DNA of 64,000 nt from Malacoraja senta (lineage: Eukaryota), in NCBI GenBank assembly GCA_038087875.1, contig CM075996.1:6636001-6700000 (forward strand). The letters are read 5' to 3'. This document shows, piece by piece, positions 1 to 14,496 of this stretch. The position numbers and the translations under genes were made by a program. The number at the start of each line of letters is the position of its first letter. Position 1 is the stretch's first letter. The notes beneath the pieces were generated by a model. The model ran no database searches and had not been told where the DNA came from. It saw nothing but the letters and a program-made list of their open reading frames with translations.

Positions 1-815
1 ATGAGACGTGAATTGGCCAAGATTGACTGGCAATTAGTTCTAAAAGGGTTGACAGTGGATATGCAATGGAAGGCATTTAAAGACTGCATGGATGAACTAC
101 AAAAATTGTTCATCCCAGTTTGGCAAAAGAATAAATCAGGGAAGGTAGTGCATCCGTGGATAACAAGGGAAATCAGGGATAGTATCAAAGCAAAAGATGA
201 TGCGTACAAATTAGCCAGAAAAAGCAGCATACCAGAGGACTGGGAGAAATTCAGAGACCAGCAGAGGAGGACAAAGGGCTTAATTCGGAAAGGGAAAATA
301 GATTATGAAAGAAAACTGGCAGGGAACATTAAAACTGACTGCAAGCGTTTTTATAGATATGTGAAGAGAAAGAGATTAGTTAAAACAAATGTAGGTCCCT
401 TGCAGTCAGAAACAGGTGAATTGATCATGGGGAACAAGGATATGGCAGACCAATTGAATAACTATGGGTTGGACAGGCTAGATGCAGAAAGATTGTTTCC
501 GATGTTGGGGAAGTCCAGGACAAGGGGTCACAGCTTAAGGATAAGGGGGAAATCCTTTAAGACCGAGATGAGAAAAAACTTTTTCACACAGAGAGTGGTG
601 AATCTCTGGAACTCTCTGCCACAGAGGGTAGTTGAGGCCAGTTCATTGGCTATATTTAAGAGGGAGTTAGATGTGGCCCTTGTGGCTAAAGGGATCGGTG
701 GTATGGAGAGAAGGCAGGTACAGGATACGGAGTTGGATGATCAGCCATGATCATATTGAATGGCGGTGCAGGCTCGAAGGGCCGAATGGCCTACTCCTGC
801 ACCTATTTTCTATGT
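1..815 (+). mobile_element. CR1 LINE ORF2 fragment with internal deletion, plus 3' UTR
   Basis: PWIT...FYRYVKRKR linker region joined at 465/466 to the C-terminal SRTRGHSL..FFTQRVVNLWNSLP; CR1 3' UTR and tail. Confidence 0.9.
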
Positions 816-1797
816 ATCTAAGACATTCTTTAGATGACAAAGTGACAAGTGGGTAGCTGACACAGGACAAATCCTGTGTCCCCGCTAGCATTTGGCCAAC
901 TGGGCAACATTTCCGGCAGTTGCACAATACCAGACAAAGGGCACTTAGTTTAGTTTAGAGATACAGCGCAGAAACAGGCCCTTCCGCCCACCGCACACTA
1001 ACCAACACTGGGGACAATTTTTACATTCATATCAAGCCAATTAACCTACAAACCTGTATGTCTATGGAGTGTGAGAGGAAGCAGAAGTTCTCGGGGAAAA
1101 CCCATGCAGGTCACAGGGAGAACGTACAAACCGTACAGACAAGCACCCATAGTCCGGATCGAACTGGGGTCTCTGGCGCTGTAAGGCAGCAACTCTACCG
1201 CTGTGCCACTCCTAAATTGACTCTGGGGTGGCACGATGGCACAGTGGTAGATTTTCTGCATTACAGGGCCAGAGACAGCCGTTACTTTGCTCGTGTTCTT
1301 GGAGGGAGATCTGCATCGTGTTGGGTTTTTAATGCATGGCCAGGTTTTGACAGCCATTGCCCACAGCAAACCAAAACAAACCCCCTCCCTCCAAGTAATA
1401 ATCAAGTTTATTCAACTCTAGCTTTCTTTCCAAAGCTGCTGTTTTCTTGCCAGCATACAGTCCCAGTTACTGGCACAGACCACTGGTTTGATGTGAGATT
1501 TAGTTTAGAGATACAGCGTGGAAACCGGCCCTTCGGCCGGGCTGACCAGCGTACCTCATGCACTAGCACTATCCTACACACTGGGGACAATTGACAATTT
1601 TTACTGAAGCCAATTAACCTATAAACCTGCACATCGTTGTAATGTGGGAGGAACAGGGTCACGGTGAAAATGTACAAATTCCGTACAGACAGTGCCTGCA
1701 GTCAGGATGAAACCCGTCGCTGTAAGGCAGCAACTCTACCACTGTTCCGCCCCAGAGTAATGTTGTTTCATGACTTGCCCATGAATACAGTGCCAGG

Positions 1798-2010
1798 CAC
1801 TGAAGCCTTGACCAAGCCCAGCCCAGCTACATAGTGCCAATCTATGTTTCTATAGCTTTTCTATGTTTCACTGAAGCCTTGACCAAGCCCAGCCCAGCTA
1901 CATAGTGCCAATCTATGTTTCTATAGCTTTTCTATGTTTCACTGAAGCCTTGACCAAGCCCAGCCAGCTACATAGTGCCAATCTATGTTTCTATAGCTTT
2001 TCTATGTTTC
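1798..2010. repeat. 71-bp tandem repeat, 3 copies
   Basis: Units start at 1798, 1869 and 1940 and are nearly identical. Confidence 0.95.
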
Positions 2011-3403
2011 AATGGCTCCAAGGGACAGTGGAATCAAGGGATATGGGGAGAAGGCAGGCACGGGTTATTGATTGGGGACGATCAGCCATGATCACAATGA
2101 ACGGCGGCGCTGGCTCGAAGGGCCCAATGGCCTCCTTCTGCGCCTATTTTCTATGTAATCTGAAGAAGGATCTCAACCCGAAACGTCACCCATTCCTTCT
2201 CTCCAGAGATGCTGACTGTCCTGCTGAGTTACTCCAACATTGTGCCAAACGGCTATTTGGAACATGGAAGACTTGAGCTCTTGTCCACGGGGGCAATGTT
2301 CAATTTTAGGAAGGGAGTTAAATTAGATTCCAATCATTAATTACAGCATAATTAAAAATCTTTCATCTTTCCGTTCAGTAGTGACCAGAACAGATCAACT
2401 TTCAGCATTGGTAACAGGGTACTGATCTGTAGATGCAAATTGCTCACCATGATAGCCAAACCAATAAAGCAGAATGTAAAACCATACTGCTACCTTGTTT
2501 TCCTTATTAACATCCCGGTTATGTTTATTCTCCTCTGAAGGCATCTGTGAAGCGTGCGGGCAGCAACAGAAAGCAAAGAGACAGACAAAGTGAACAAAAG
2601 ACACGACAGTCCCCGCTGAGGCATTCTGCTCCAGCCCACCAGCCCAGAGCCTCAAACTCAGCAGGCAAAGCCAAACACCTGGAAACATTGTATCAGAAGG
2701 AACCGCAGATGCTGGTTTACACCGAAGATAAAGACACAAAATGCTGGAGTAACTCAGCGGGTCAGGCAGCATCTCTGGAGAAAAGGATTAGGTGACGTTT
2801 TGGGTCGAGACCCTTCATCATCCCAGAGGTGCTGCCTGACCCGCTGAGCTACTCCAGCATTTTGTGTAATATCACCTGGGAACGTTAGTACACTAAGAAG
2901 GAAAGCGAAATGGGATTAGTGCAAATGGCTACACTACACACAAAATGCAGATATTGTTTTTCACAAAAAAGTGCTGGAATAACTCAGGTAAGGCAGCATC
3001 TCTGGAGAACATAGAGGGGTGACATTTCAGGTCAAGACCCCCCCCGTCTCCCTCTCAAAAAGCAGCAGGAATCACAGGGGGGAGGCAGCGAGAAAGGATC
3101 TCACAAAACTCCCCTGAGAGCGAGGAGAACTTTCTTAAAGTAGGCACCACCTTGAGATTTCGCAGTGGAACAAATGGCATTGACCTGAAATGTCACCTAA
3201 CCATGTTCTCCAGAGATGCTGCCTGACCTGAGTTTTGCCAGCACTTTGTCCCCATTTTTTTTGAAAGCATAAATGGGTACTTGATCGCATGGATTCAGAC
3301 TGAGGAGCCCGTCCGTCTCCATGCCGTTGGCTATGGTCACATTTCCTTTAAAGGGACATTGAAAATCAAACAGGGCATGTTTCCTTCCCACCCACTGCCC
3401 TAC

Positions 3404-3583
3404 CTGAGGCTGGTTGAGTGTGTGCAGGGCTGCTGCCTGCCCCGGAGACAGACCGTCCTCAAGGGTGGAGCCTGCTGCTATCGGCACCTCCTCCTTCTTC
3501 ACCGAGGTGCCCTTCTTTGTCGACTGCATCTTCAGCTGGAGCGGTTTGGTGTTGGAGGGCGACGTGTTCGTTGTCTGGATTAG
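3404..3583 (-). CDS. GTPBP1: GTPBP1 coding exon 11
   Basis: [25 protein letters not shown]...LNQPQ, similar to human [25 protein letters not shown]...LQPQ; 180 nt, AG/GT flanks; no stop, so a further exon is expected. Confidence 0.88.
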
Positions 3584-4218
3584 CTGGTTAGCAAAGGAAG
3601 TCGAGATTAATTCTCACCATGCCCTCCCCTCGACTGATCAGATGGTTTGCCCAAAGCCACAAGGATGTACCTCCTCCTCCTCCTCTCAATCGTCTGTGCT
3701 GTTCTACAAGACTCACATGCAGAGCTGCACAGACCAATCCCACCACCTCAGTGCAGCACAGCGGTAGAGTGGCTGTCTGACAGCATCAGAGACCCGGGTT
3801 CGATCCCGACTACGGGTGTTGCCTGTACGGAGTTTGGAAGCTCTTCCCAGTGAGCACATGGGATTTTTCCGGGTGTTCCGGTTTCCACCCACATTTCAAA
3901 GACGTGCAGATTTGTAAGTTAATAATTGGCCTCTGGACGAGGAAGGCTCAGGAGAGGGTGGGAGTGGACGTGAAAGTGAAAAATTAATTCTGCAGAGTTT
4001 GGAAATTTGAAAACGGATTATCCATTTAGCCAGACCGAAGGTCACAGCCTCCAAGAGTCGTCGATCAGTACTGGAACTAGGCCGTCGGGGGGGGGGGGGA
4101 AAGAGTCCTGCAGAGTCAGCCATGGGAACGAATCTGCTGGCTCCGGCTGGGCCAGAGTTCCAGAGCTCTGGCCGCAGGGGACAAATTCAACCCCAATGTC
4201 CCAAAAGTCCCAATGAGG

Positions 4219-4820
4219 TAGAGTTCTTCCTGCAGTTGTATAGGGCTCTGGTGAGACCACATCTGGAGTATTGTGTCCAGTTTTGGTCTCCTAATTTGAG
4301 GAAGGACATCCTTGTGATTGAGGCAGTGCAGTGTAGGTTCACGAGATTGATCCCTGAGATGGCGGGACTGTCATATGAGGAAAGATTGAAAAGACTAGGC
4401 ATGTATTCACTGGAGTTTAGAAGGATGGGGGGGGGGGGGGGGGGGATCTTATAGAAACATATAAAATTATAAAAGGACTAGACAAACTAGATGCAGGAAA
4501 AATGTTCCCAATGTTGAGCGAGTCCAGAACCAGGGGCCACAGTCTTAGAATTTAAGACTGAGGTGAGAACAAACTTTTTCACCCAGAGAGTTATGAATTT
4601 ATGGAATTCCCTGCCACAGAGGGCAGTGGGGGGCCAAATCACTGGATGGATTTAAGAGAGAGTTAGATAGAGCTCTAGGGGCTAGTGGAATCAAGGGATA
4701 TGGGGAGAAGGCAGGCACGGGTTATTGATTGGGGACGATCAGCCATGATCACAATGAATGGCGGTGTTGGCTCGAAGGGCCGAATGGCCTCCTCCTGCAC
4801 CTATTTTCTATGTTTCTAGA
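4219..4820 (+). mobile_element. CR1 LINE 3' fragment
   Basis: LYRALVRPHLEYCVQFWSP motif; CTATGTTT tail. Confidence 0.9.
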
Positions 4821-5094
4821 TCGGCCACCTCACCCAGACTAGGCGCCACATAATCTGGTGGACTTCCCGGGGGGGGGGGGGGAAGATTTAAAGTGCGCCC
4901 TCGTAATTTTGTCCAAATTAAAGGAGGCGCCAGACCACCAACGCTGGAAAATCAGCAGTGGACTTGTACGATGGAAAGGAGCTTTGCAAAAGATCGAGTG
5001 TGCACGTCTGTCCACATCACCAGCAAATGAATCATCATCAAATTAAAACCTTGCGTGTGTTAGTAGAAGTTTCACTTGAACCACATGTGGCTCA

Positions 5095-5370
<276 letters not shown>

Positions 5371-6019
5371 TCAGACTCACATCCCTTCCACCCCCCCTCC
5401 CTTCCATCCACATCCTTTCCTCTGTCTTCACAGTTTCTCAATTAGTAAGGGTGTCAGGAGTTATGGGGAGAAGGCAGGAGGGAAAGATTATTGAATGGCG
5501 GGGGAGACTTGATGGGCAAAATGGCCTAATTGTGCTCATCTTATGAACAACTCGCAACTCTTGTGCGACTGGGATATTGTGTGAATAAGGAGCAGGCCAT
5601 TTAGGACCAAAATGTGGAAAAACTTTTTCACCGAAAGAGTTGTGAATCTGTGGAATTCTCTGCCACAGTAGGCAGTGGAGGCCAATTCACTGGATGTTTT
5701 CATGAGGGAGTTAGATTTAGCTCTTAGGGCTAACGGAATCAAGGGATATGAGGAAAAAGCAGGAACGGGGTACTGATTTTAGATGATCAGCCATGATCAT
5801 ATTGAATGGCGGTGCTGGCTCGAAGGGCCGAATGGCCTCCTCCTGCACCTATTTTTCCATGTTTCTAAAACGTAAATGGGACGACAGGTCCACCACCACG
5901 ATTTTCTAGTAACTGCGGATCCACCTTCTTTAATCCAAACAAGATTACAAGAGTGAACTTGAAATCCCTATCTCTAAAGTCTAATATTCTGCCAAGGAGA
6001 CTCCATCCCGTTTGCTTAC

Positions 6020-6155
6020 CCATGGCCTGGTAGCGGGGACTGATGGTTGTCGGATGGTGCAGCACCAGGATTTCTCCCTCGAATTCCCAGGAAGCCTGAG
6101 GATTCAGCTTCGGAGACACCATCACCATGCCCTTCCTGATGGACGACCGCTTAAT
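6020..6155 (-). CDS. GTPBP1: GTPBP1 coding exon 9
   Basis: [45 protein letters not shown]; 136 nt, AG/GT flanks. Confidence 0.96.
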
Positions 6156-7868
6156 CTGAGGGAACAAAAATGCCAGGGGGACGATCAGTGATGGCGTTCC
6201 GTCGAACAGCTTCCAATGATATTTGAAGTACAAAATGCAAACTGTGACGTGTCAGTATGTGTAGGAAGGAACTGCAGATGGTGGTTTTAAACTGAAGATA
6301 GACACAAACAGCTGGAGTAACTCAGCGGGTCAGACAGCATCTCTGGAGAAAAGGAATAGGTGACGTTCCGGGTCGAGACCCTTCTTCAGTCTGAATAGCG
6401 TCTCGATCCAAAATGTCACCTATTCCTTTTCACCACCGATGCAGTCTGACCCGCTGAGTTACTCCAGCTGTTCGTGCCTGTTAATCAGTATGTGTTCAGC
6501 TGTAGTTTACAGGTAAGTAAGTAAGTTTATTGGTCAAGTATTCACATACAAGGAATTTGCCTTGGTGCTCCGACCACAAGTAACATGACATACAGTGACA
6601 GTTACGAAAGACTCAGAAAACACTAAACATTATAGCAGAATGATCAAGAATTCGTTGGTAGACAGATATCACAACACAGCTAGACATTTAGACACGCAGA
6701 CGGATAGGGAAGGTGTAGAAGGAAATGGGCCAAACGCAGGCAGGTGGGACGTGAAGATGGGGCATTTTGGTTGGCATGGGCAAGTTGTGCCAAAGGGCGT
6801 GTTTCCATTTGAGGCAAAGGGGGGTGGAAAATAGAAAGCAGTCTCCATAATACGAGGACACTGCCCAGCCTGTACTCAGCACTGCCCTCCTCTTAGACAA
6901 TAGGCAATAGACAATAGGTGCAAGAGTAGGCCATTCGGCCCTTTGAGCCAGCACCGCCATTCAATGTGATCATGGCCGATCATCCCTAATCAGTACCCTG
7001 TTTCCGCCTTCTCCCCATATCCCCCGACTCCGCCATCTTTAAGAGCCCTATCTAGCTCTCTCTTGAAAGTATCCAGAGAACCGGCCTCCACCGCCCTCTG
7101 AGGCAGAGAATTCCACAGACTCACAACTGTGTGAAGAAGTGTTTCCTCGTCTCCGGTCTAAATGGCTTACCCCTTATTCTTAAACTGTGGCCCCTGGTTC
7201 TGGACTCTTCTAGCTTTAGTTTAGAGTTGAGTTCTGAGATACAACATGGAAACAGGCCCTTTGGCCAAACGAATCCATGCCGACCAGTGATCACCCATAC
7301 ACTAGTTCTATCCTACACACTAGGGACAATTTACAGAGGCCAATTAACCTACAAACCTACATATTTTTGGAATGTGGGAGGAAACCAGAGCACCTGGAGA
7401 AAAGCCACTGGGTCCCAGGGAGAAAGTACAAACTCCGTACAGTTCGTTAGGATCGAACCAGTGTCTCTGGCACTGCAACTTTAGTTTACTTTAGAGATAC
7501 AGAGCGGAAACATGTGGAATCCAAGCCGATCAGCGATCACCCGCACACTAACACTACCCTACACACTAGGGACAATTTTACAACTTACCAAAGCCAATTA
7601 ACCTACAAACCTGTACGTCTTTGGAATGTGGGAGAAAACCGGAGCACCCGGAGAAAACACACAGGGAGAACAGAGTACAAACTCAATACAGGCAGCACCC
7701 GTAGTCAGGATCGAACCCGGGTCTCTGGCGCTGTGAGGCAGCAACTCTAACGACCCGCCACCCGCATTCAATCAGATTGTGTATTAGGTTGTAAGCAGGG
7801 CAAGCGTGCCTTGGGAGCTTATTCATCATGGGCGTAACTGCCAACCGGGTGAAGCAAACAGCAAGTAC

Positions 7869-8051
7869 CTTCTTCAGAGCAAAGGACGCCGTCTGGCCAC
7901 CTCGCACCTCACGGACCGGCATTCGTTTCCTGTGGATGGACTTCACTGCGATGGGGATGAAGTTTCCCAGCGGGTCGGGTCCTAGCAGCAAAATGTCATT
8001 CAATCGAATCAGACCTCGTAGTGTTGTTCCAGATACCACTGTTCCAACACC
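7869..8051 (-). CDS. GTPBP1: GTPBP1 coding exon 8
   Basis: [61 protein letters not shown]; 183 nt, AG/GT flanks. Confidence 0.96.
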
Positions 8052-8742
8052 CTGGAAACACAATCAAACGGGAGCATTGCGGGGATTACAATTTAATGCC
8101 AAGCAGCGGCTAAACCTGGTCAACCAACATATACTCTTCCTACAAAGACCAGCAATATCTGTGCATACTTTCATGCGCCCAGCCCGAGTTAGAATTTACT
8201 TGACAATATTTAACCCAGAGACAAATGGAGGTGCATACAACTGTTGCAAAGTCAAGATTGTTCCTTGTGTAATACAGGATTCAATGGTTTCAGCTAAGCA
8301 GCCATTTTACAGAGCCTAGTTCAGGAGTACGCTGTACAGAAAAACAAGGCACGACTCACTGCAGTTCACATTTATCCTTCTGCAGCCATAATTTTGGCTG
8401 GCTGGGCCAGCATAATGTCCAGAGATGAGATGATAAGACTGTCAAGAACCATAACCCTATCCCATAGCGAGCAGTGGATCGTTTTAACTTTGACTTCCCA
8501 CAATCTTTGATGAAGTATGCTCCTTTGGGGGGGTCACCCATCCCAAAATATTTCCTTTCGGCAATTCCTTTCCTCAATTATTGACCAAATCAACTTGTGA
8601 CACGAGCTGAGGTATTTTACTGTGCTGAGAGTGATGCAACACAATTTGATCATGGAGGACTGGTGAGGAATTATACACAATTGCTTGTATCTTCCCCCCC
8701 CCCCCCCCTCCCCATCCTCTACCCAACAGTAAAGGGTCTCAC

Positions 8743-8888
8743 AGGGACAGAGTAGGTGTCATCAATTTGAAACTCTGCTGGTTCGTCCTCTTTGAAGCTC
8801 GTCCGTGGTGACAACAGATTCAGGAACATCTTCAAGAGCTCCCAGGTTCTCTCCGGTCACATTGGAGATCTGGAAAATCGGGCACATC
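8743..8888 (-). CDS. GTPBP1: GTPBP1 coding exon 7 (apparent +1 insertion)
   Basis: [15 protein letters not shown] then, in a shifted frame, [33 protein letters not shown]; 146 nt where flanking phases require 145; extra base in CCC at 8841-8843. Confidence 0.92.
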
Positions 8889-10452
8889 CTTGAGGGGGGG
8901 GGGGGGTGTAGAGAAAGATCAGGCTCACAGGTGATTCAATGAATTCAACGTTAGTTTATTGTCACATGTATCTAGCTACAGAGAAATGCTTTGTATTGCA
9001 TACAACACGGTAAAGAATGCAGCAGACCTCTCCCAGGCAGTACACAAGTGCCACAAGTTCACCGGTCATTCCTAGCCCACTGCCCGACCCTGACACCCCC
9101 CCCCCCCCCCGCCCATCCCCCTCCGGGACCCGCCTTCGTTCTCAGGGGCCTTCCTCGCTCTCCGACAGCCTCAAAGACTTAAACAATAGGCAAGCATAAC
9201 GAATCAAGACCGAGCTGGGCGAGGAAGTTACTTGTGAACCTTTGTCAGCGAATATCTCTGACCACCATTACAAATGAATGAATGAATACTTTATTTGGCC
9301 CATGTGACAAGTCACAGTGAAATTCTTAATCAATCATGTTTTATTATTAATGTTTAATGTTTTATGTGTCATTCCTAACTGTCACTATGTCATGTTGTCA
9401 CTTGCGGGCAGAGCACCAAGGCAAATTCCTTGTATGTGAATACTTGGCCATTAAACGTATTCATTCTGTGTTTTGCACACAAGGTATGCAAAGCGTTGCC
9501 ACATAAAGGGCGCTGACAAAGGTACAAAGTATCCCGCGCCAGTTACGCGCTTCTTGTCGTCGTAACAAGACGGTAGTGTTACACACTTCTCTTGTGAGCT
9601 CAAACTATTTAAACCCCTAAAGCTTCTTGTAGTACAGCAACAAGCCACTTAGAGAAGCTTTCCTCATTTAAGCAGACGTACTCCCTGGCAGAGTGAATGA
9701 AGATTAAACATCAGGATCACATGAATTAGTGAAAAGAGAACATTACACAAGAACAAGGGAGGTATAATTGATTGGGACTGCTCATCTAAGACTTTAGCAG
9801 GTCAAATAACCCCCTTGTGGTGCATCAATTGGAGAACCCCAAACTCGTAGGCAACAGGGCAAGGCACGAGCTGGTCAACAATGGTCAGTCAGTTGACCGA
9901 GCAACTCGCTTATGTTTAGAGATACCGTGCGGAAACAAGCCTTTGGGCCACCGTGTCCGTGCCGTACAGCGATCACCCGCACACTGGCATTATCCTGCAC
10001 ACACTGGGGACAATTTATAATTATACCAAGCCAATTAACCTACAACCCTCTAGGTCTTGTGTGGGAGGAAATCGGAGCACCCGGAGAAAACCCACACAGG
10101 TCATGGGGAGAAAGTACGAACTCCGTACAGACAGCACCCGTAGTCAGGATCGAACATGCGGTCTCTGGCGCTGTGAGGTGGCAACCACTGCGCCACCATA
10201 TCCATGGGCAATGGCAAGGAGTCATTGGACCATCTGCCGGCAAGAGTTATCACGCCGAGGAAATTAAATGGGTGGACAGCTTGTTAAATCATGTATCTGT
10301 ACACTGCAAAGGGCTCGATTGTAACCATGTATTGTCTTTCTGCTGGCTGGTTAGCACACACAACATTTTTTCACTGTACCTCGGTACACATGTGAATAAA
10401 CTAAACTAAACTGAACTAAGTGAAAGGCACACAAGTTAAACCAGAGGAGTTA

Positions 10453-10572
<120 letters not shown>

Positions 10573-11649
10573 TCAATAATAAAGAGGGACAGAACGCAAC
10601 CTTTCAGTTTTTTTACATTCAAAATGTGTAGGAAGGAACTGCAGATGAGAGGTTACATCTCTTGTTTCCCTATCCCCCCCTCCCCCCCCCCCCCCCCCCC
10701 AATCTGAGTCTGAAGAAGGGTCCAGACCTGAAACGTCACCTATTGCTTCTCTCCAGAGATGCGGTCTGACCCGCTGAGTTACTCCAGCCTTGTGTCTACC
10801 TTCCAGTTTCATACTAATAAACTACAGGGAACAGTGCATGTGTATGTGGCACTCCTTACCAACAAATTCCTGAAGTTCATCGAAGCTTTGGAGAAATGGA
10901 CATTTGGTTCTGCACGATTTGCGGTGCAAAGATAAAAATCGGAGTTACTCCAGCTTTGTGTGTCCATCTGCAGATGCTGGTTTATACTGAAGGTCAACAC
11001 AAAGTGTCGGAGTAAGTCAGTGGGTCAGGCGGCATCTCTGGAGAGAAAGGATGGGTGACGTTTCGGATCGGAACTCACGGGCAGCACACAGGCCGTATAC
11101 GGTGCTACCACAGGAATTAAACCCGTCAGCCTTTGTTTGCAATGTACAGGCAGTACACAGTGTTCCAACAGTTGGCACAGGACACATTATCCCCAACATT
11201 GATGGAGAAAGCTCTGAAAATAAGGTAGATGAGTCGTTTGCAAGGTGCTTATCCCAAGAGCTTATAGAATGGGAAATGGAGGTGTCCGTTAGGAGAAGCC
11301 TGTTTGCAGTAGAAACAAAGAAATGTAGATGTTGGTTTACAAAAAAGTCAGTGTTGGAGAAACTCGGGTCAGGCAGCATCCTGGAGAACACATATTCATG
11401 ACATTTTGGGTCAGGACTGTTGTTCATTGTTGGGGTTGGGGGGGGGGGGGGGGGGAAGAGAGCCAGAAGAGAGGGGAGGATAAAGCATGGCAAGTCAATA
11501 GTGAACGCATACATTGGTGGCTTTCGATAGGCAGATGGTTGGACAAAAGCCAGAGATGAAAAAGGTGCGAGAGAACAAGGTTGAAGAGTGACAAATTGTG
11601 ATGCCAGAGACAGGAAAGTAGGTGGAGGGGGGGGGGGGGGGGGGGAGTA

Positions 11650-11849
11650 CAGATGCTCCCCGATTTACGATGCTCCGACTTACGACATCTCAACTTTACG
11701 AGGGTGCAAACGCTGGGCAATGGCAGCGAGCTGCACCTCACTTCCAGTCACGTGATCAAATTGTATTAAGTGCGTTTCTGACTTACGATATTTTTGATTT
11801 ACGATGGGTTTATCGGAACGTAACCCCATCGTAGGTCGAGGAGCAGCTG
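11650..11849. mobile_element. Tc1/mariner (Tigger-like) MITE
   Basis: TIRs CAGATGCTCCCCGATTTACGATG / CATCGTAGGTCGAGGAGCAGCTG, with TA on both sides. Confidence 0.8.
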
Positions 11850-12533
11850 TAGTTTTATTTACATTTTCGCACAAAAAGCCGAGTCACACCTGTCAGGTGT
11901 TAAGGTGTGGCCGAAATATTTACGATGAAACAATGTCACTTCTGCATCTGCTTCAGAACATGGATATGTCTAGTAAACATGACCAATCTTTTCCAAATAC
12001 AAGCCAAAGAGTGGCCAGACAGCAACTCTGTCTGTAATAAGCAGCTTCATACAACCTCGGAGTCGGGTTTACAGGTAATCTAAAACCATTTAAAATGGGC
12101 GGCACGGTGGCGCAGCAGTAGAGTTGCTGCCTTACTGTGCCAGTGACCTGGGTTCGATCCCGACGTACAGAGTTAGTACGTTCTCCCTGTGAACCTGCGT
12201 GGGTTTTCTCCGGGATCTCCGGTTTTCTCCCACACTGCAAAGACGTACAAAATGTGTAGGCTTGTTTCCCCAGGGAACACTGGCTGAAGAGGGTCAAGCA
12301 AGGAAGACGACAACAGTTCGCGGGACTGCAGCTGGGACTGTAATATGGTGCCAAAATGTCATCTACTGCATTTAGGCTCAGAGGGCTGTTCTGCATCAGA
12401 GGGGGGGGTTGTGCTTATGTGTGGTGATTATCTCGAGGAGCAGAATGCAAAAGTATTTCACTGTACCTTGGTACACGTGATAATAAAGAAACCATTGAGC
12501 TGTCGAGCAAGTGGTGCCCTCATGGTGTCTCTA

Positions 12534-13435
<902 letters not shown>

Positions 13436-14092
13436 ATACAACTCACGGTTGGCACCATATCATTGGAAGCTCCGTTCCTACCACTCAAGCCTCTGCACCT
13501 GCTCTCCACAGTTCTAGAGCTCGGGACTTGAGATATTATGTTTAATCTTTTCTGCTTCCAATGGCTATATTCTGCACAGTGGCTGGTTCAGTTTGCCAAG
13601 TAAACTCTGCCAAATTAAAGACTATCCATTTACCCTTCTTTGACATTTACTTCAAAGGCCACCACTCCCGATCCTCAACCCACCCAGAGCAGTTGGCATT
13701 TAGTGAAGAGTAAGATAGTTAGTTCTTTCCGAAAGTGGCCACTTTACTTTCCCCATTCTGCATTTTGTCAGAGAACATGGACATTGCTGGGAAGGCCAAT
13801 GTTTATTGCCCTTTGCTAACTTCCCAAAGTGGCTTACTGAACTTTTAATGGATGGCTCAGCAGCAATAGAGGGTCTGTTGTCATAGGTAGGCTAGTTAGG
13901 ACGGCAGAGTGCTGCAGTGGTAGAGTTGCTGCCTCACAGCGCCAGAGACCCGGGTTCAATCCTGTCTGTACGGAGTTTGTCCTGTGACCACGTGGGTTTT
14001 CTCCAGGTACTCCGGTTTCCCCCCAAAATACAAAGATGTACAGGTTTGTAGATGAATCGGCCTTTGGTAAAAATTGTATATTGTCCCTAGTG

Positions 14093-14496
14093 CAGGGGTT
14101 GGTAACCTACGGCCCCTGGGCCGAATGCGGCCCGTAAACCAAAATCATCGGTGGATTCTGTCCCCCGTCGAGCAGCGGCCGGGCGCCCCGAGCTCTGGCT
14201 GTACCGCACAGCCGTGCACCTTCTGTGAACACGTTTAAGAAAGAACTGCAGATGCTGGAAAAATCAAAGGTAGACATAAAATGCTGGAGAAACTCAGCGG
14301 GCGAGACATGCAAGGATTGCATGAGGCTGCCTCACCCGCTGAGTTTCTCCAGCATTTTTGTCTACCTTCTGTGAACAGGTGATTCGATGCCTGCCATCCA
14401 GGGCGGGATCCTTGTGTACATGTGGTAGATGCAGCCCGCCATCCGCTCACAGACATGCGTCCTGGCCCCTAGGCAGAACAAGGTTGCCGACCCCTG
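14093..14496. mobile_element. hAT-Charlie-like MITE
   Basis: TIRs CAGGGGTTGGTAACCT / AGGTTGCCGACCCCTG; 8-bp TSD CCCTAGTG at 14085-14092 and 14497-14504. Confidence 0.9.

Noticed and set aside
2524..2678. Candidate terminal GTPBP1 exon (TTTCCAG acceptor, VFGFAC*, AATAAA at 2524-2529 on the minus strand)
   Set aside because: No similarity to the expected GGRRRGGQRHK terminal exon, and the acceptor abuts a repeat; the real last exon probably lies left of the window
12098..12165. tRNA gene-like A/B boxes
   Set aside because: Head of the tRNA-derived SINE, continuing into the SINE body; no complete cloverleaf
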